64,000 bases of DNA from Candidatus Omnitrophota bacterium. Its GTDB lineage: Bacteria; Omnitrophota; Gorgyraeia; Zapsychrales; Fredricksoniimonadaceae. The stretch covers positions 600,991-664,990 of the forward strand of contig JBGAJA010000002.1 in the NCBI GenBank assembly GCA_044225175.1, written 5' to 3'. Within the stretch, counting starts at the first letter, position 1. Every line of letters begins with the position of its first letter. The notes under the pieces are model-generated. The model was not told the DNA's origin. It saw only the letters and a list, made by a program, of their open reading frames with translations, and did not search any database. Position numbers and translations under genes: made by a program. Shown piece by piece: positions 29,458 through 39,437 of the stretch.

Positions 29458-32400
29458 ATGAAAAAATCGGTATGTTTGATTATTCTTCTGTGCTTTTTAG
29501 TTACAGGCATTGCGGGGCCTCGCTCTACTTTTGCCAGTGACATTCCTCAATTACCTCTTCCAGGAACTATGATGTCTTTGAGCCAGGCCTATATGCCTGT
29601 CATGATCAAAGGCCTGAAAGTCCATCCAGAGAATCCTTTGTTATTTGATTTCGTCGTGGATACAGGGAATTCTGGATTGTCCGTAGGGGCAGGGCTCGCC
29701 CCTGCCCAAAAAGGGCGACCGCAAGGGTCACCCCTACAAGACGAATCAAACAAATTAATCAAATATTTCCTAGCCTCATTAACTATCCCCGAAAAAGACC
29801 TCTGGGTGAATTTATCCCCCTATGAGAAAGACAGAATAGTTCCTGAAGAACTAGGGAACACCGAGCTAGGCCGAGACATGCTGGCCCAAGATTACATCCT
29901 CAAACAATTAACCGCTTCTCTAATTTATCCTGAGAAAGACCTAGGCAAGAAATTCTGGGACAAGGTTTATGCGAAGGCCCAAGCACTTTATGGCAATACG
30001 CAAATACCTGTGAATACATTCAACAAGGTATGGATCGTAGCTGATAAAGCCAAGGTTCTTGAGAGGAACAATGTGGGGTATATCGTTGGAGCGCATTTGA
30101 AGGTGATGTTGGAGGAAGATTATCTAGCTAATGAAAAAAATCAAACGCCAACCAGGGGACATGTTCATTACAAAACCAATAAGAACGTGTCCCCAAGCAT
30201 GCTGCCAAGCGAGACAGCGCTGAATGCGAAAGCACCCCAGGGAAACACCCCCAACGCCTTAGCAAACCAAATCATCCGCGACATCATATTGCCCGAATTA
30301 GAAAACGAGGTCAACCAAGGCCAAAACTTCGCCCCCTTGCGCCAAATGTTCTATTCCATGATCCTAGCCACATGGTACAAACAAACCCTAAAGAATGCCT
30401 TATTAAATCAAGTGTATAGCAATAAAGCCAAGATAGAAGGCGTCAAGAATGATGATCCTATTATCAAAGAAAAGATCTATCAGCAATACCTTAGTGCTTA
30501 CAAAAAAGGCGTATTCAATTACATCAAGGAAGATCTAGATTCAACCCCAGGCCAGAGAATTCCCAGAAAGTATTTTTCAGGCGGAATGATAATGGGTATC
30601 GAGAAAGTCTTGGATCGCACGCAGACAGAAACACCTCATGAACTAACAAGTCTGAAGACTGGGGACATGGCTATGGTCCAAGTTCTTATCAATAAATCTT
30701 CGGATTCTAGCAAAACTCCTGAACCAGTCTTGGCAGAGAATCCAATCATAAAGAAGCTGCTCGATTTACAAGAACAAGGAAAAAAATGGGAATTGATTTC
30801 AAATCCGCAATATGACGGGTGGATTGTTTATAAAGCAGGAAGTTTTTTTATTCATGTTCCTTCTAAAGAGGGAGCGCTTGAATACAGTCAGCAACAGGTC
30901 ATTGAGAATGCAGATTTTGTTTTGGCAAATGCTGGTAATACATTTGTTCCTACAACAAAAATTAACTTGAAACAAATGTCATTTCAAACACAGGTAGGTG
31001 AATATATAAAACCTGGCATTGTCTATATACAAAATGGTGTAGAACCATTGTTTAGTTTAAAAGGACAAAAGATAGGGCAAAGAATCATTAATCGAGGACT
31101 TTTATTCAGATTGGCAAAACAAGAAAGGTGGAAAAAGATTGCCCAAATCCTACAGAGCGCTATGACAACTACGCAACATATGTGGTCAAGAGGAATATTT
31201 GTCGAGGATACGACCGTTCTTGTTAATATGGGCATACCTAAAGGCGATTCGAATGCCATCTATTTTGATTTGGGAAATTTTTCTTCCAAAGTTCCTCCGG
31301 ACAAGGTTTTATTAAAGGTTCTTCAGGATTTACGTGCCGAGATACGAGCTACCGTAAAATTGCTTGATTTGCCTTTATCGTCAAAAGAAGTTGTTCTTTC
31401 AAATCTTAAGAAACAATTTTCTATAAGTAATTTCAGAAACACTTGGCAAAGTAAGATGCACGAACGCTCCAGAGTTGCTGATGCAGCCATGAATACTTGG
31501 CCAGAATATTTATATGCTGAAGAAAGAGCCCGTGAGATAGCACAAGGCGTAAAACAATTGACTCCAAATGAAATGAGCAGTCTTTATCAAATTATCGTAA
31601 GCCTCAGAATGCTACCTGAAGAATTAATTTCACAAACATTTGAGGAAGGTAAAAGGGTCGTTTTTCTTGGGATTCCCACTGCAAAAGGAGAAACCTATCT
31701 TGCTCGCCTGTTTAAAGCATTAAAGAATGAAAAATTCAAACCGACTCATTTAGCTTTACCTTTTGCTGAGAGGGATCGTGACAAATTAAATCGATTTATT
31801 GAAGGTCAGATTTCGGCCAGTGAATGGGGAATTAATTTGAATGGTGTTCATGAAAAAGATCTCGAATCTTTGCGAGTTCTACTTCACGGGATTAAAGATG
31901 ATGTGAAATTTGTTTTGTATGCTGATGAGGGTAGTCATAGTGGAGAATTAAAAGCTGATCAAGAAGCAAAGAACATTCTCAATGTTATTAATCTGGATAA
32001 GTCAGCACGGCTGTTAGTTGTAGGTAATTATGATCGGGTGGCGAAAGAGAATGTAGGTGGATCTCAATTATCTATACGCCGTATTGTTTCACAAAATATG
32101 GGTAGTGATCATATTTCTTCTATTGTCACGTCACATGGAGAAGATATGGAATCTTACTCATTGATAGGGATAAATAATTTCTTTGATATTTTCGAAAGGC
32201 ATTCTATTCCTATTAGCTTTGCTTTTCCAATTGCCAAAACTCCTTTGGAAGGACTGTCTTTTGATCAAGATTATCCACAAAGTACTTACGGTTTATTTGA
32301 TGGTTTCATTTATTTCAAAGATTCTGATGAGGATGGAGAAGGTTTCTTTGATAAGAAACCTGATGAACCTATTTTAGCAGACCATCCTACAGGCAGTGGT

Positions 32401-35400
32401 GACAGAAGAAGAGCAACGGTTGCTGCTACGAGCCCCGCCATGACCTCCAAGCCTAATATAGCTATCACTGTTCCTGGTAATGATACCGTTCTAACTCAAG
32501 AATTTTATGAAGGTTTAGATGATGCTGTTACGCAGATGGAAGAGTTTATAAAATTACAACAACCTGCTCAAATTATTTGTTTAGGCGGATCCCCTGAATG
32601 GATTTTTAGAGCTCTTGAAGTTAAAACTCAATTTCAAAATCCGAATCAGTATGCAGATCTAAGACGAAAAATTAAATATGTCGCCTTTAGTAGACCTGAA
32701 GGTGGCGTTTTTTATTACTCACAAAAAGAAGTAGATGCGTACCGCACATATTTAAAGAAATTAGGTATTACTCCCAGGAAAATTATTAATAGGGATAAGC
32801 CAACTATAATTGTTGATAAAAGTGAGTCAGGTGAAAGTTTAAGGGTTTTTATAAGAATTTTAGAAAAGTGGGCAGAAGATGTAAATATTAGCTCTTCTGA
32901 ATTAGGATTGAAATTGGGACTGAGAATTTTGAGTGATCATAGACTAATATCTAAAAATGGAGTTATTAGACTTTTTAATCCTTGGAATGATATTCCAGAA
33001 ATATATCTCACAACTCTTGACTCCGGAGGGTTAGCTAGTGTTCAGATTATTGCTCGGCCAATCAATAATACGATAGACAGAAGTGAAACAAATGATCTGG
33101 GAAGATTTGTGCCCAGGTATTCGCGCGACCAATGGGTATCAAGTCGACCGATTCCTTTGGCAAAAGATATTGATAACGCTAAAAGAACGATTGAAAAGAT
33201 TGTTACGTATTACCAGGATAAATTATCATCAGCTCCAGTAGCGAACAATTCAGACCCTCGTAAGGAAGAAGGTCCTATTTCTGAGAATTTAAGACTTTTA
33301 GCAATTAACCGTCTTTTGCCAGCAGCTATTACGGATTTTGATGAACGGCTTAAAATTATTAAATACATCATTGCAACGTTTAAAGATCAATGGGAAGAGG
33401 CTATTTCTCTTTTAGGTCATCATTTAATGGATTCTAAAGAGTGGGAGATGATTGATCGAGCATTAAGACATGGATTGCCCTTAGTAACGATTGCGGAATG
33501 GGCCCATTATAGTTTGAATGATGGGAAGATCACCTTCAGATCTTTTCCAATTGAATTTCAAAATAAAATTTTTGAAGAAAGTAAATCTAGTCGTGGCATT
33601 ACTCGTCTTGAATTACAAGATTTGTGGATGATTTATAGTTGTTTGATGAAAGTAGTAAAAGCAAAAGAACAGGAAGGTCAAATTGAACAGAAGGCGGCAG
33701 AAGATTTTTATGCTCGTATGCCGGTCTTCAAATCCGTTCCTGAATTTGAGGCATATGCTTCCGCAGATTATCGAGCTCGTTATGAAAGAGCTGCAAAAGA
33801 TTTGTTGGCAGAGCAAGGGTTAAAACAAATCACATTTCATTCTTTAGTGCTGATGATCAAGGGGTTGTCTTTTAATAGGCATATGCCGCGTGGTAATTAC
33901 CTTTCAGTTGTGATTCATGACAATAACGGTTTTAAACCGGTTCAATTGAATGACTTCTTATGGGAAGGACCAATTGCTATTGATCAAGTGGGATTTTTTA
34001 CCAAAGATCTTGGGAAAGGAATTGAGGGTAAAAAGGAGAGCTTGAGCATTGAAGTTACTGGTGGAGATTTAAAGAAAGTATTAAAAGGACATCTTTTTGA
34101 CGATGAAGAAATTAGACCTTTGTTAGGATCAATTGAATTTCAACGAGATCCGCGAGATTTATCAAAAGCTAAAATTTATTGGATCCAAGCTTGGCTAAGA
34201 CAAAGTGATCGTCTAACTCCCGAGGTAAGAGCTAAATTAGGTTCTATTGAAGAAATGGTTTTAAAAGCCTTTCATGCCTACGCGAAACAAAATGGTATTA
34301 AGACTATTCAATATAGAACAGGAAGCAGGTTCTTTAGAGATGTTCCCTTGGTTGCACGTCAGACCGTCAACCGTGTGAATAAATTATTTCAAAATAATGG
34401 ATATCGTCTCGTTTTTGATGAGAAAAAGAAGGAATGGTTTTGGCAGATTGAAATTAATGCCGCTATGATCACCACGTCCACTGCTAAAAAGACGGTTTCG
34501 ACTATATCTGACCAGGAGTTTTTTGATAGGGCTTTAAAGATATTAGATCAAGGGATTGATAAAAGTCGTAAATTAGTAACAAAGATTACGGATGATTATC
34601 AATCAACTAAACAATCACCAACCAGGCGTCTTGAACAATTGACTTTATCGCTTAGTCTTTTGCGACACAACTTAGCAAATTATGAATTTTTTGATGTTTT
34701 CGGCAGCATATTAATGAAAGAGCTTTATGCGCGTAAAAAAAGTGATGGGTTTGAATATTCCATCGATCAAATTCATACTCCTATCGATGCAAATGGAAGA
34801 CATGAAGCGGCCCTTTCAAATTTATTTGATCTCAAGGAGAAGATGTCAGAGAAAGGAGCTGTCATCAACATCGATCATTTCAGACAACAACTTAATTTAA
34901 TTTTTCAATCTTATTTTATGACACTGTTGGCAGAACTATCTCTTAGGGCCTTAGATGGAGATGTCTCCTATAATCTTAATCAATTGCAGAGAGTTCTAAA
35001 CAAGATTCAAGAAGGTAGTGGAAGCGTATTTATCAAAGATGCCAGGACCTTATGGACAATTGCAACTTCGCCCGTTGTTGTTGAAGAAAGAGCTTCTCAG
35101 GCGTATGAAATTTTTAGTCGACGCATTTATAGCGATAAAGTCTCCCGCAATGATCGTATAGCTCATGCCATTATCAATGTGAAGGCCAATGGCATCCATC
35201 TTTTTCAAGTGATAGGCAGGCTTTCTCTAGCATCTGCGGATAAAGAAAAAGCTCAATCGCAAATTGATTTTAATAGTGTCGATTTTCAGTTGTTAGTTAA
35301 GGGTTTGGCGGTGTTGATGCCCCGTTACGAAGAAATTTTGAAGTTAGAAGAGAGAGGACCTTTATTGGAAGACATTAGAAAAGAAAAAGAAGACATAGTT

Positions 35401-37635
35401 GAGGCGCTGATATTTGCTTTGGGTGGTTTGAGGTTTTTTTGGGAATTTGGGGGCAATTTGGAGCTTATTCTTAACTCCTTACCAGCGAATTTAAAACAAT
35501 TGAAGGAGACTTTGTCTTACTTTGGCCGTTTGGCAGATCCTCTGATGAAAGATATAAAAAATTTGGATTTAAGTAAATCTATTTATTCACCTATCCAACA
35601 TACCAATATTTTACCGCACCGTACGTTGAACGCTTTATTTACTTCTGCTTTCAACCAGGTAGGAACAGAAAAGCCTCTGCGTTTGTTTAGCTATGAAGAG
35701 CTAATGCGTTCCTCCTCAGGGCTAGAAGGACAAGAAAAGCTTAATTTATATGAATTATTTAGAAGGAACGATGGTAAGGGTAGACTAGAAAATTTTCTAA
35801 CAATAACTAAGGGAATTTACCAAGAAGTTCAACATGATTTGGTAGTGTTAAGGGATCATGGAATGTTAGTTAAGCAAGATTCAAATTTTCCTTATATATT
35901 TAAACCTGAAGATATAGAAAAAGTCAGACAAGTACAGACAGGACTGTCAAAGTTGTTCGCAAGGAAGTCTTCTACAAATATTTTTACTGAGGGAAATTAT
36001 CGTTATGAATTGGTAAGCTTTGATGATCGTTTGGCGTTATCCAAGGATTCTGGAAAAGAATATCCTCCCTCAGTGAGCGTTCTTGTCTATGACAAAGACA
36101 GCAATGCGCCTATCTACACAGCTCATGTAATGTGGCAAAGACCCAAGCTGACGCAAGATCAATCGCTTGAGCCTGTTTGGATGGAGTATCATCCTAAGGG
36201 TGGCATCCCTGAAGGTATTGACACTAAAATGATTTATGGATCGTTCTCCCGTTTAAGCCAAAAACCTGAAATGTCTTTTTTCTTTGTGAATGGTCAACAA
36301 CGGGACAATATGAGTTTTCAACGATACTTTAGTCGTTTTAATACGTTGTATCTCTTCCAAAGGCATGTCAACAGTACGAGGCCGATTCTAGATGTGGTAT
36401 TGGATACGATGAATCAACTTCAAATTCCATATTCTCAAGAAACATTAGTCAAAGATATAAACTTCATTTCAAAAATCCTAGCAAGATATTTGGATTGGTC
36501 TGAATTAATGTACATTAATACAACGTTATCTGTGATTAAAGCTTATCAGATAAAGAAAGGTTTACGCAGTTTAGAGGAGGCAACTAATGTTCTAAGGGCG
36601 ATGATCAAGGATGAAGATTTGTTAGGATCTATAGAGGATATAAGCCTTGAGTTAAATAAGGGGAATAAAGATCCTTATAAGATATCGAGTCCCAAGAATC
36701 TCATTTATTATCTGACAGGAAAAGGACCTCTTTTCTTGGATAAAGCATTTCAATTACGTGAAGCTTTAAGAAAAGCATATCCAGATTTAAGTGTATTAAG
36801 AAGGGAAGTTGCTGGGAAAAATAGTTTAGAAGAGTCGGAAATATTAGGACAAAAGGTCACTGTCGATGGAAAGGTTGATGAAAGATACACGGCGCGAAGT
36901 GTTGAGAAATTATTTTATTATCTTGGGAAGGAATCCTATTTTCTTGAGAGGGCAGTTGAGCTACGTGAAGCTTTAAGAACAGCATATCCAGATCTAGAGT
37001 CATTGCGAGAGGCTTTGAGGGATAAAAGGGGTTTAGAAGCAGCTGAAATCCTAAGAGGGAAGCTGATCAAGGATAGAGTAGTCGATCATAGATATACACC
37101 TGTAGGTGTTGAACAATTACTGCATTATCTTTTTGGAAGAAATGTCCGTTTTTTAAATAGCGCCCTTGAACTGCGTGAAGCTTTAAGAAAGAAATATCCG
37201 ACATTAGAAGATCTTATCGGTTCTCTCATTGATGACCGAGGGCAAGAGTTTTCAAAAAGGGAAGTCCACTCATTATGGCTCCGTTCTATGCAAAAGGGAG
37301 TGTCTAAAGGAAATTTCAAAACCAATGCTGATGCTCTATGGGATGAACTGCGTAAATTATTCAATGCAAGAAAAAAAGCTGCAAGCGGCTCTACTCCTGC
37401 CATGATTTCCAACAAGCCCGATGAAACAATGCTTAGAAAAACTCCTGGTGGTATTGATTTAGACGCTAAGAATATGGGGTTAGATATTATGAAAGAAGGC
37501 AATGGTATTAAGATATCATTCGATCCTGTTTTAATTGCAGAATTCGAAAGGGGTGATTTTTCAGGGGTCATCCCAATTATTATTAATATTACCCCTCTTT
37601 CTAGTCCTTTGACTTTGTTAGGGTTGAGTCCATAA
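29458..37635 (+). CDS. Giant secreted protein (2725 aa), paralog B of the family. It has a signal peptide, the conserved N-terminal module, a long mostly alpha-helical unique core, three tandem repeats of about 72 aa, and the conserved C-terminal GGIDL module.
   Basis: Signal peptide MKKSVCLIILLCFLVTGIAGPRSTFA. The N-terminal roughly 380 aa are co-linear with the 7060 gene, with two insertions. The C-terminus TPGGIDLDAKNMGLDI...FDPVLIAEFERGDFSGVIPIIINITPLSSPLTLLGLSP parallels RGGIDLNTSSGMQWKI...IDPAMIQKIQREGIDWAVPVILRMTPVASIWPLVGL. Confidence 0.75.
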   Translation: MKKSVCLIILLCFLVTGIAGPRSTFASDIPQLPLPGTMMSLSQAYMPVMIKGLKVHPENPLLFDFVVDTGNSGLSVGAGLAPAQKGRPQGSPLQDESNKLIKYFLASLTIPEKDLWVNLSPYEKDRIVPEELGNTELGRDMLAQDYILKQLTASLIYPEKDLGKKFWDKVYAKAQALYGNTQIPVNTFNKVWIVADKAKVLERNNVGYIVGAHLKVMLEEDYLANEKNQTPTRGHVHYKTNKNVSPSMLPSETALNAKAPQGNTPNALANQIIRDIILPELENEVNQGQNFAPLRQMFYSMILATWYKQTLKNALLNQVYSNKAKIEGVKNDDPIIKEKIYQQYLSAYKKGVFNYIKEDLDSTPGQRIPRKYFSGGMIMGIEKVLDRTQTETPHELTSLKTGDMAMVQVLINKSSDSSKTPEPVLAENPIIKKLLDLQEQGKKWELISNPQYDGWIVYKAGSFFIHVPSKEGALEYSQQQVIENADFVLANAGNTFVPTTKINLKQMSFQTQVGEYIKPGIVYIQNGVEPLFSLKGQKIGQRIINRGLLFRLAKQERWKKIAQILQSAMTTTQHMWSRGIFVEDTTVLVNMGIPKGDSNAIYFDLGNFSSKVPPDKVLLKVLQDLRAEIRATVKLLDLPLSSKEVVLSNLKKQFSISNFRNTWQSKMHERSRVADAAMNTWPEYLYAEERAREIAQGVKQLTPNEMSSLYQIIVSLRMLPEELISQTFEEGKRVVFLGIPTAKGETYLARLFKALKNEKFKPTHLALPFAERDRDKLNRFIEGQISASEWGINLNGVHEKDLESLRVLLHGIKDDVKFVLYADEGSHSGELKADQEAKNILNVINLDKSARLLVVGNYDRVAKENVGGSQLSIRRIVSQNMGSDHISSIVTSHGEDMESYSLIGINNFFDIFERHSIPISFAFPIAKTPLEGLSFDQDYPQSTYGLFDGFIYFKDSDEDGEGFFDKKPDEPILADHPTGSGDRRRATVAATSPAMTSKPNIAITVPGNDTVLTQEFYEGLDDAVTQMEEFIKLQQPAQIICLGGSPEWIFRALEVKTQFQNPNQYADLRRKIKYVAFSRPEGGVFYYSQKEVDAYRTYLKKLGITPRKIINRDKPTIIVDKSESGESLRVFIRILEKWAEDVNISSSELGLKLGLRILSDHRLISKNGVIRLFNPWNDIPEIYLTTLDSGGLASVQIIARPINNTIDRSETNDLGRFVPRYSRDQWVSSRPIPLAKDIDNAKRTIEKIVTYYQDKLSSAPVANNSDPRKEEGPISENLRLLAINRLLPAAITDFDERLKIIKYIIATFKDQWEEAISLLGHHLMDSKEWEMIDRALRHGLPLVTIAEWAHYSLNDGKITFRSFPIEFQNKIFEESKSSRGITRLELQDLWMIYSCLMKVVKAKEQEGQIEQKAAEDFYARMPVFKSVPEFEAYASADYRARYERAAKDLLAEQGLKQITFHSLVLMIKGLSFNRHMPRGNYLSVVIHDNNGFKPVQLNDFLWEGPIAIDQVGFFTKDLGKGIEGKKESLSIEVTGGDLKKVLKGHLFDDEEIRPLLGSIEFQRDPRDLSKAKIYWIQAWLRQSDRLTPEVRAKLGSIEEMVLKAFHAYAKQNGIKTIQYRTGSRFFRDVPLVARQTVNRVNKLFQNNGYRLVFDEKKKEWFWQIEINAAMITTSTAKKTVSTISDQEFFDRALKILDQGIDKSRKLVTKITDDYQSTKQSPTRRLEQLTLSLSLLRHNLANYEFFDVFGSILMKELYARKKSDGFEYSIDQIHTPIDANGRHEAALSNLFDLKEKMSEKGAVINIDHFRQQLNLIFQSYFMTLLAELSLRALDGDVSYNLNQLQRVLNKIQEGSGSVFIKDARTLWTIATSPVVVEERASQAYEIFSRRIYSDKVSRNDRIAHAIINVKANGIHLFQVIGRLSLASADKEKAQSQIDFNSVDFQLLVKGLAVLMPRYEEILKLEERGPLLEDIRKEKEDIVEALIFALGGLRFFWEFGGNLELILNSLPANLKQLKETLSYFGRLADPLMKDIKNLDLSKSIYSPIQHTNILPHRTLNALFTSAFNQVGTEKPLRLFSYEELMRSSSGLEGQEKLNLYELFRRNDGKGRLENFLTITKGIYQEVQHDLVVLRDHGMLVKQDSNFPYIFKPEDIEKVRQVQTGLSKLFARKSSTNIFTEGNYRYELVSFDDRLALSKDSGKEYPPSVSVLVYDKDSNAPIYTAHVMWQRPKLTQDQSLEPVWMEYHPKGGIPEGIDTKMIYGSFSRLSQKPEMSFFFVNGQQRDNMSFQRYFSRFNTLYLFQRHVNSTRPILDVVLDTMNQLQIPYSQETLVKDINFISKILARYLDWSELMYINTTLSVIKAYQIKKGLRSLEEATNVLRAMIKDEDLLGSIEDISLELNKGNKDPYKISSPKNLIYYLTGKGPLFLDKAFQLREALRKAYPDLSVLRREVAGKNSLEESEILGQKVTVDGKVDERYTARSVEKLFYYLGKESYFLERAVELREALRTAYPDLESLREALRDKRGLEAAEILRGKLIKDRVVDHRYTPVGVEQLLHYLFGRNVRFLNSALELREALRKKYPTLEDLIGSLIDDRGQEFSKREVHSLWLRSMQKGVSKGNFKTNADALWDELRKLFNARKKAASGSTPAMISNKPDETMLRKTPGGIDLDAKNMGLDIMKEGNGIKISFDPVLIAEFERGDFSGVIPIIINITPLSSPLTLLGLSP
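36682..37275 (+). repeat. Three tandem in-frame repeats of about 215 nt (about 72 aa) inside the giant gene
   Basis: Repeated L.YYL.G...FL..A.ELREALR.AYPDL..LR.....G.E..EIL..K...D..VD.RYT units. The nucleotide cores CGTGAAGCTTTAAGAA(A/C)AGCATATCCAGAT are nearly identical. Confidence 0.6.
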
Positions 37636-37674
37636 TTTTTCTTTCCCTCTATATATAAACTATGCTAATATTGT

Positions 37675-37694
37675 GCCTTCTTTGAAGGCCTTTT
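37675..37694 (+). terminator. Weak hairpin plus T-tract after the giant gene
   Basis: GCCTTC-TTT-GAAGGC, then CTTTTG. Confidence 0.3.
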
Positions 37695-37704
37695 GAATTG
37701 CGAC

Positions 37705-37778
<74 letters not shown>

Positions 37779-37834
37779 TATATGAAAATTGAGATTAGAA
37801 AGTAGAATAATCTAATTTCCAATTTCAGAATTTT

Positions 37835-37911
37835 GGACTCATAGCTCAACTGGTTAGAGCATTCCCTTCACATGGGAAAGGCTGAAGGTTCGATTCCTTC
37901 TGAGTCCACCA
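37835..37911 (+). tRNA. tRNA-Val (anticodon CAC), CCA encoded
   Basis: Acceptor GGACTCA/TGAGTCC, D-arm GCTC-AACTGGTTA-GAGC, anticodon stem TTCCC/GGGAA with loop TTCACAT, T-arm GAAGG-TTCGATT-CCTTC, then ACCA. Confidence 0.8.
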
Positions 37912-37925
37912 GTAGTTCTTAACAA

Positions 37926-38660
37926 TTGGAGCATATGACAACAACATCCATTAAAGATCAAATCAAGAAGTTAATTGAACTACAAATCCTCGACTTAGAC
38001 GCTTATCATCTCAAAATGCATTTACGTGATAAGCCTGCAGAAATTGAATCTCTTAAGGCAGATTTTGAATCCAAAAAAGCCAAACTTAAAAGTCTCGAAG
38101 ATCAACTGAAAGCCATTATGCTCAAGCAAAAAGACTATGAAGGCGATCTGAAATCCAAAGACGAAGCCATCCTTAAAGCAGACGGTCAACTGCTATCCTT
38201 AAAGACCAATAAAGAGTACCAAGCAAAATTAATGGAAATTGAAAATATTAAAGCAGACAAGTCTTTGATTGAAGAAAAGATCTTGATGGGTTTTGATGAC
38301 ATTGATGCTGCTCGTAAAGCAGTGGAGGCTGAAAAGACTGTTGTAGCTAATTTTGAAAAAGAATTTCAAACTAAGCAAAAGCAATTGAATGATGAAATTG
38401 CCGTTGCGAACGACCAAATGAAGGTGAAAGAATCTCAGCGAAGCCGTATTGCCCCAGATGTGCGTCCTGATATTTTGAGCCGTTATGAAAGAATTTTGCA
38501 AAAGAAAGAAGGAGTTGGAATAGTTCCTGTGAAGAATCAAACTTGCAGTGGTTGTTATATGCATTTGACAGATCATTTGATTCATCAGATTAAAATGAAT
38601 GATCAGTTAGTCAGTTGTGATCAGTGTGCCAGAATACTTTATCTTGAAGATGAACTATGA
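37926..38660 (+). CDS. C4-type zinc-ribbon domain protein (COG1579/DUF164 family): a coiled coil plus a C-terminal zinc ribbon
   Basis: Long coiled-coil N-region. The C-terminus is CSGCYMHL...VSCDQCARILY. The position upstream of rnhA is a common conserved arrangement for this family. Confidence 0.75.
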   Translation: MEHMTTTSIKDQIKKLIELQILDLDAYHLKMHLRDKPAEIESLKADFESKKAKLKSLEDQLKAIMLKQKDYEGDLKSKDEAILKADGQLLSLKTNKEYQAKLMEIENIKADKSLIEEKILMGFDDIDAARKAVEAEKTVVANFEKEFQTKQKQLNDEIAVANDQMKVKESQRSRIAPDVRPDILSRYERILQKKEGVGIVPVKNQTCSGCYMHLTDHLIHQIKMNDQLVSCDQCARILYLEDEL

Positions 38661-39109
38661 GATTAGAAATATTTACCGACGGGGCATGTTCAGGTAATCC
38701 TGGGCCAGCAGCCATCGGAGTTGTTATTAAGAATCAAAATCAAACGATCAAAGAAATATCTCGCGGCATTGGTCAAGCAACGAATAATATTGCTGAATAC
38801 ACGGCATTGATTGAAGGATTAAAAGAGGCTGTTTCACTGAAAGCTGATGAAGTTCTAGTTACAACCGATAGTGAGCTAATGTATAAGCAAATTATGGGTA
38901 GCTACAAAGTAAAGCACGAAAATATTAAACCGCTCTTTGACCAGGTTAAAAATTTAATACAAAGTTTTAAACAAGTTGAGTTTAAGCATGTGCTTCGCGA
39001 TAAGAATCACGAAGCGGATAAACTCGCTTCTTTAGGTTTAAAAACAAGTCAGGATGGCTACCCCGATACTAAAGGTATGGGGGAGGAAAGTCCGAGCTCC
39101 AAAGGATAA
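38657..39109 (+). CDS. rnhA: Ribonuclease HI
   Basis: IFTDGACSGNPGPAAIGVV...NNIAEYTALIEGL...TDSELMYKQI...HEADKLA carries the RNase H catalytic DEDD residues. The 3' tail reads through into rnpB. Confidence 0.85.
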   Translation: MRLEIFTDGACSGNPGPAAIGVVIKNQNQTIKEISRGIGQATNNIAEYTALIEGLKEAVSLKADEVLVTTDSELMYKQIMGSYKVKHENIKPLFDQVKNLIQSFKQVEFKHVLRDKNHEADKLASLGLKTSQDGYPDTKGMGEESPSSKG

Positions 39110-39386
39110 TGCATCCCGATAATGCGGGACCGTTAGGGTTAAACCTAATGAGGATTTCCGCCGAAGGTGGACCAGCCTCTGGCTGGAGAGCTACAGTGAC
39201 GATGCCCTTAATTGGGAGTGAAACGAGCAATCTCTGCATGGAGCAATGCCAAATAGGAGAAGAGAGTCGATCCGGCTCGTTAATATTCTCGGGTAGGCTG
39301 CCAGAATTTCGGGCGTAAGCGCGAAAGTTAGTCAAATGGCCATCATCCCCTTAAAAGGATACAGAACTCGGCTTATATGACTTGTT
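39043..39386 (+). ncRNA. rnpB: RNase P RNA (rnpB), bacterial type A
   Basis: GGGGGAGGAAAGTCCGAGCTCC (the P4 5' strand consensus GGGAGGAAAGUCCGGGCUCC) and ACAGAACTCGGCTTAT (ACAGAAcCCGGCUUAU) near the 3' end. The terminal pairings ACAAGTCAGGATGGC...GCCATC...TGACTTGT close P1/P2. The P3 hairpin is CCCCGATACTAAAGGTATGGGG. Confidence 0.85.
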
Positions 39387-39437
39387 TAATTTATCAATCA
39401 ATGAAATAAACGTATCAATAGTGGAGGGTCAGAAAAC

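Noticed and set aside
39069-39335. ORFs of 88 aa (minus) and 69 aa (plus) between rnhA and yebC
   Set aside because: Both lie entirely within the RNase P RNA gene.
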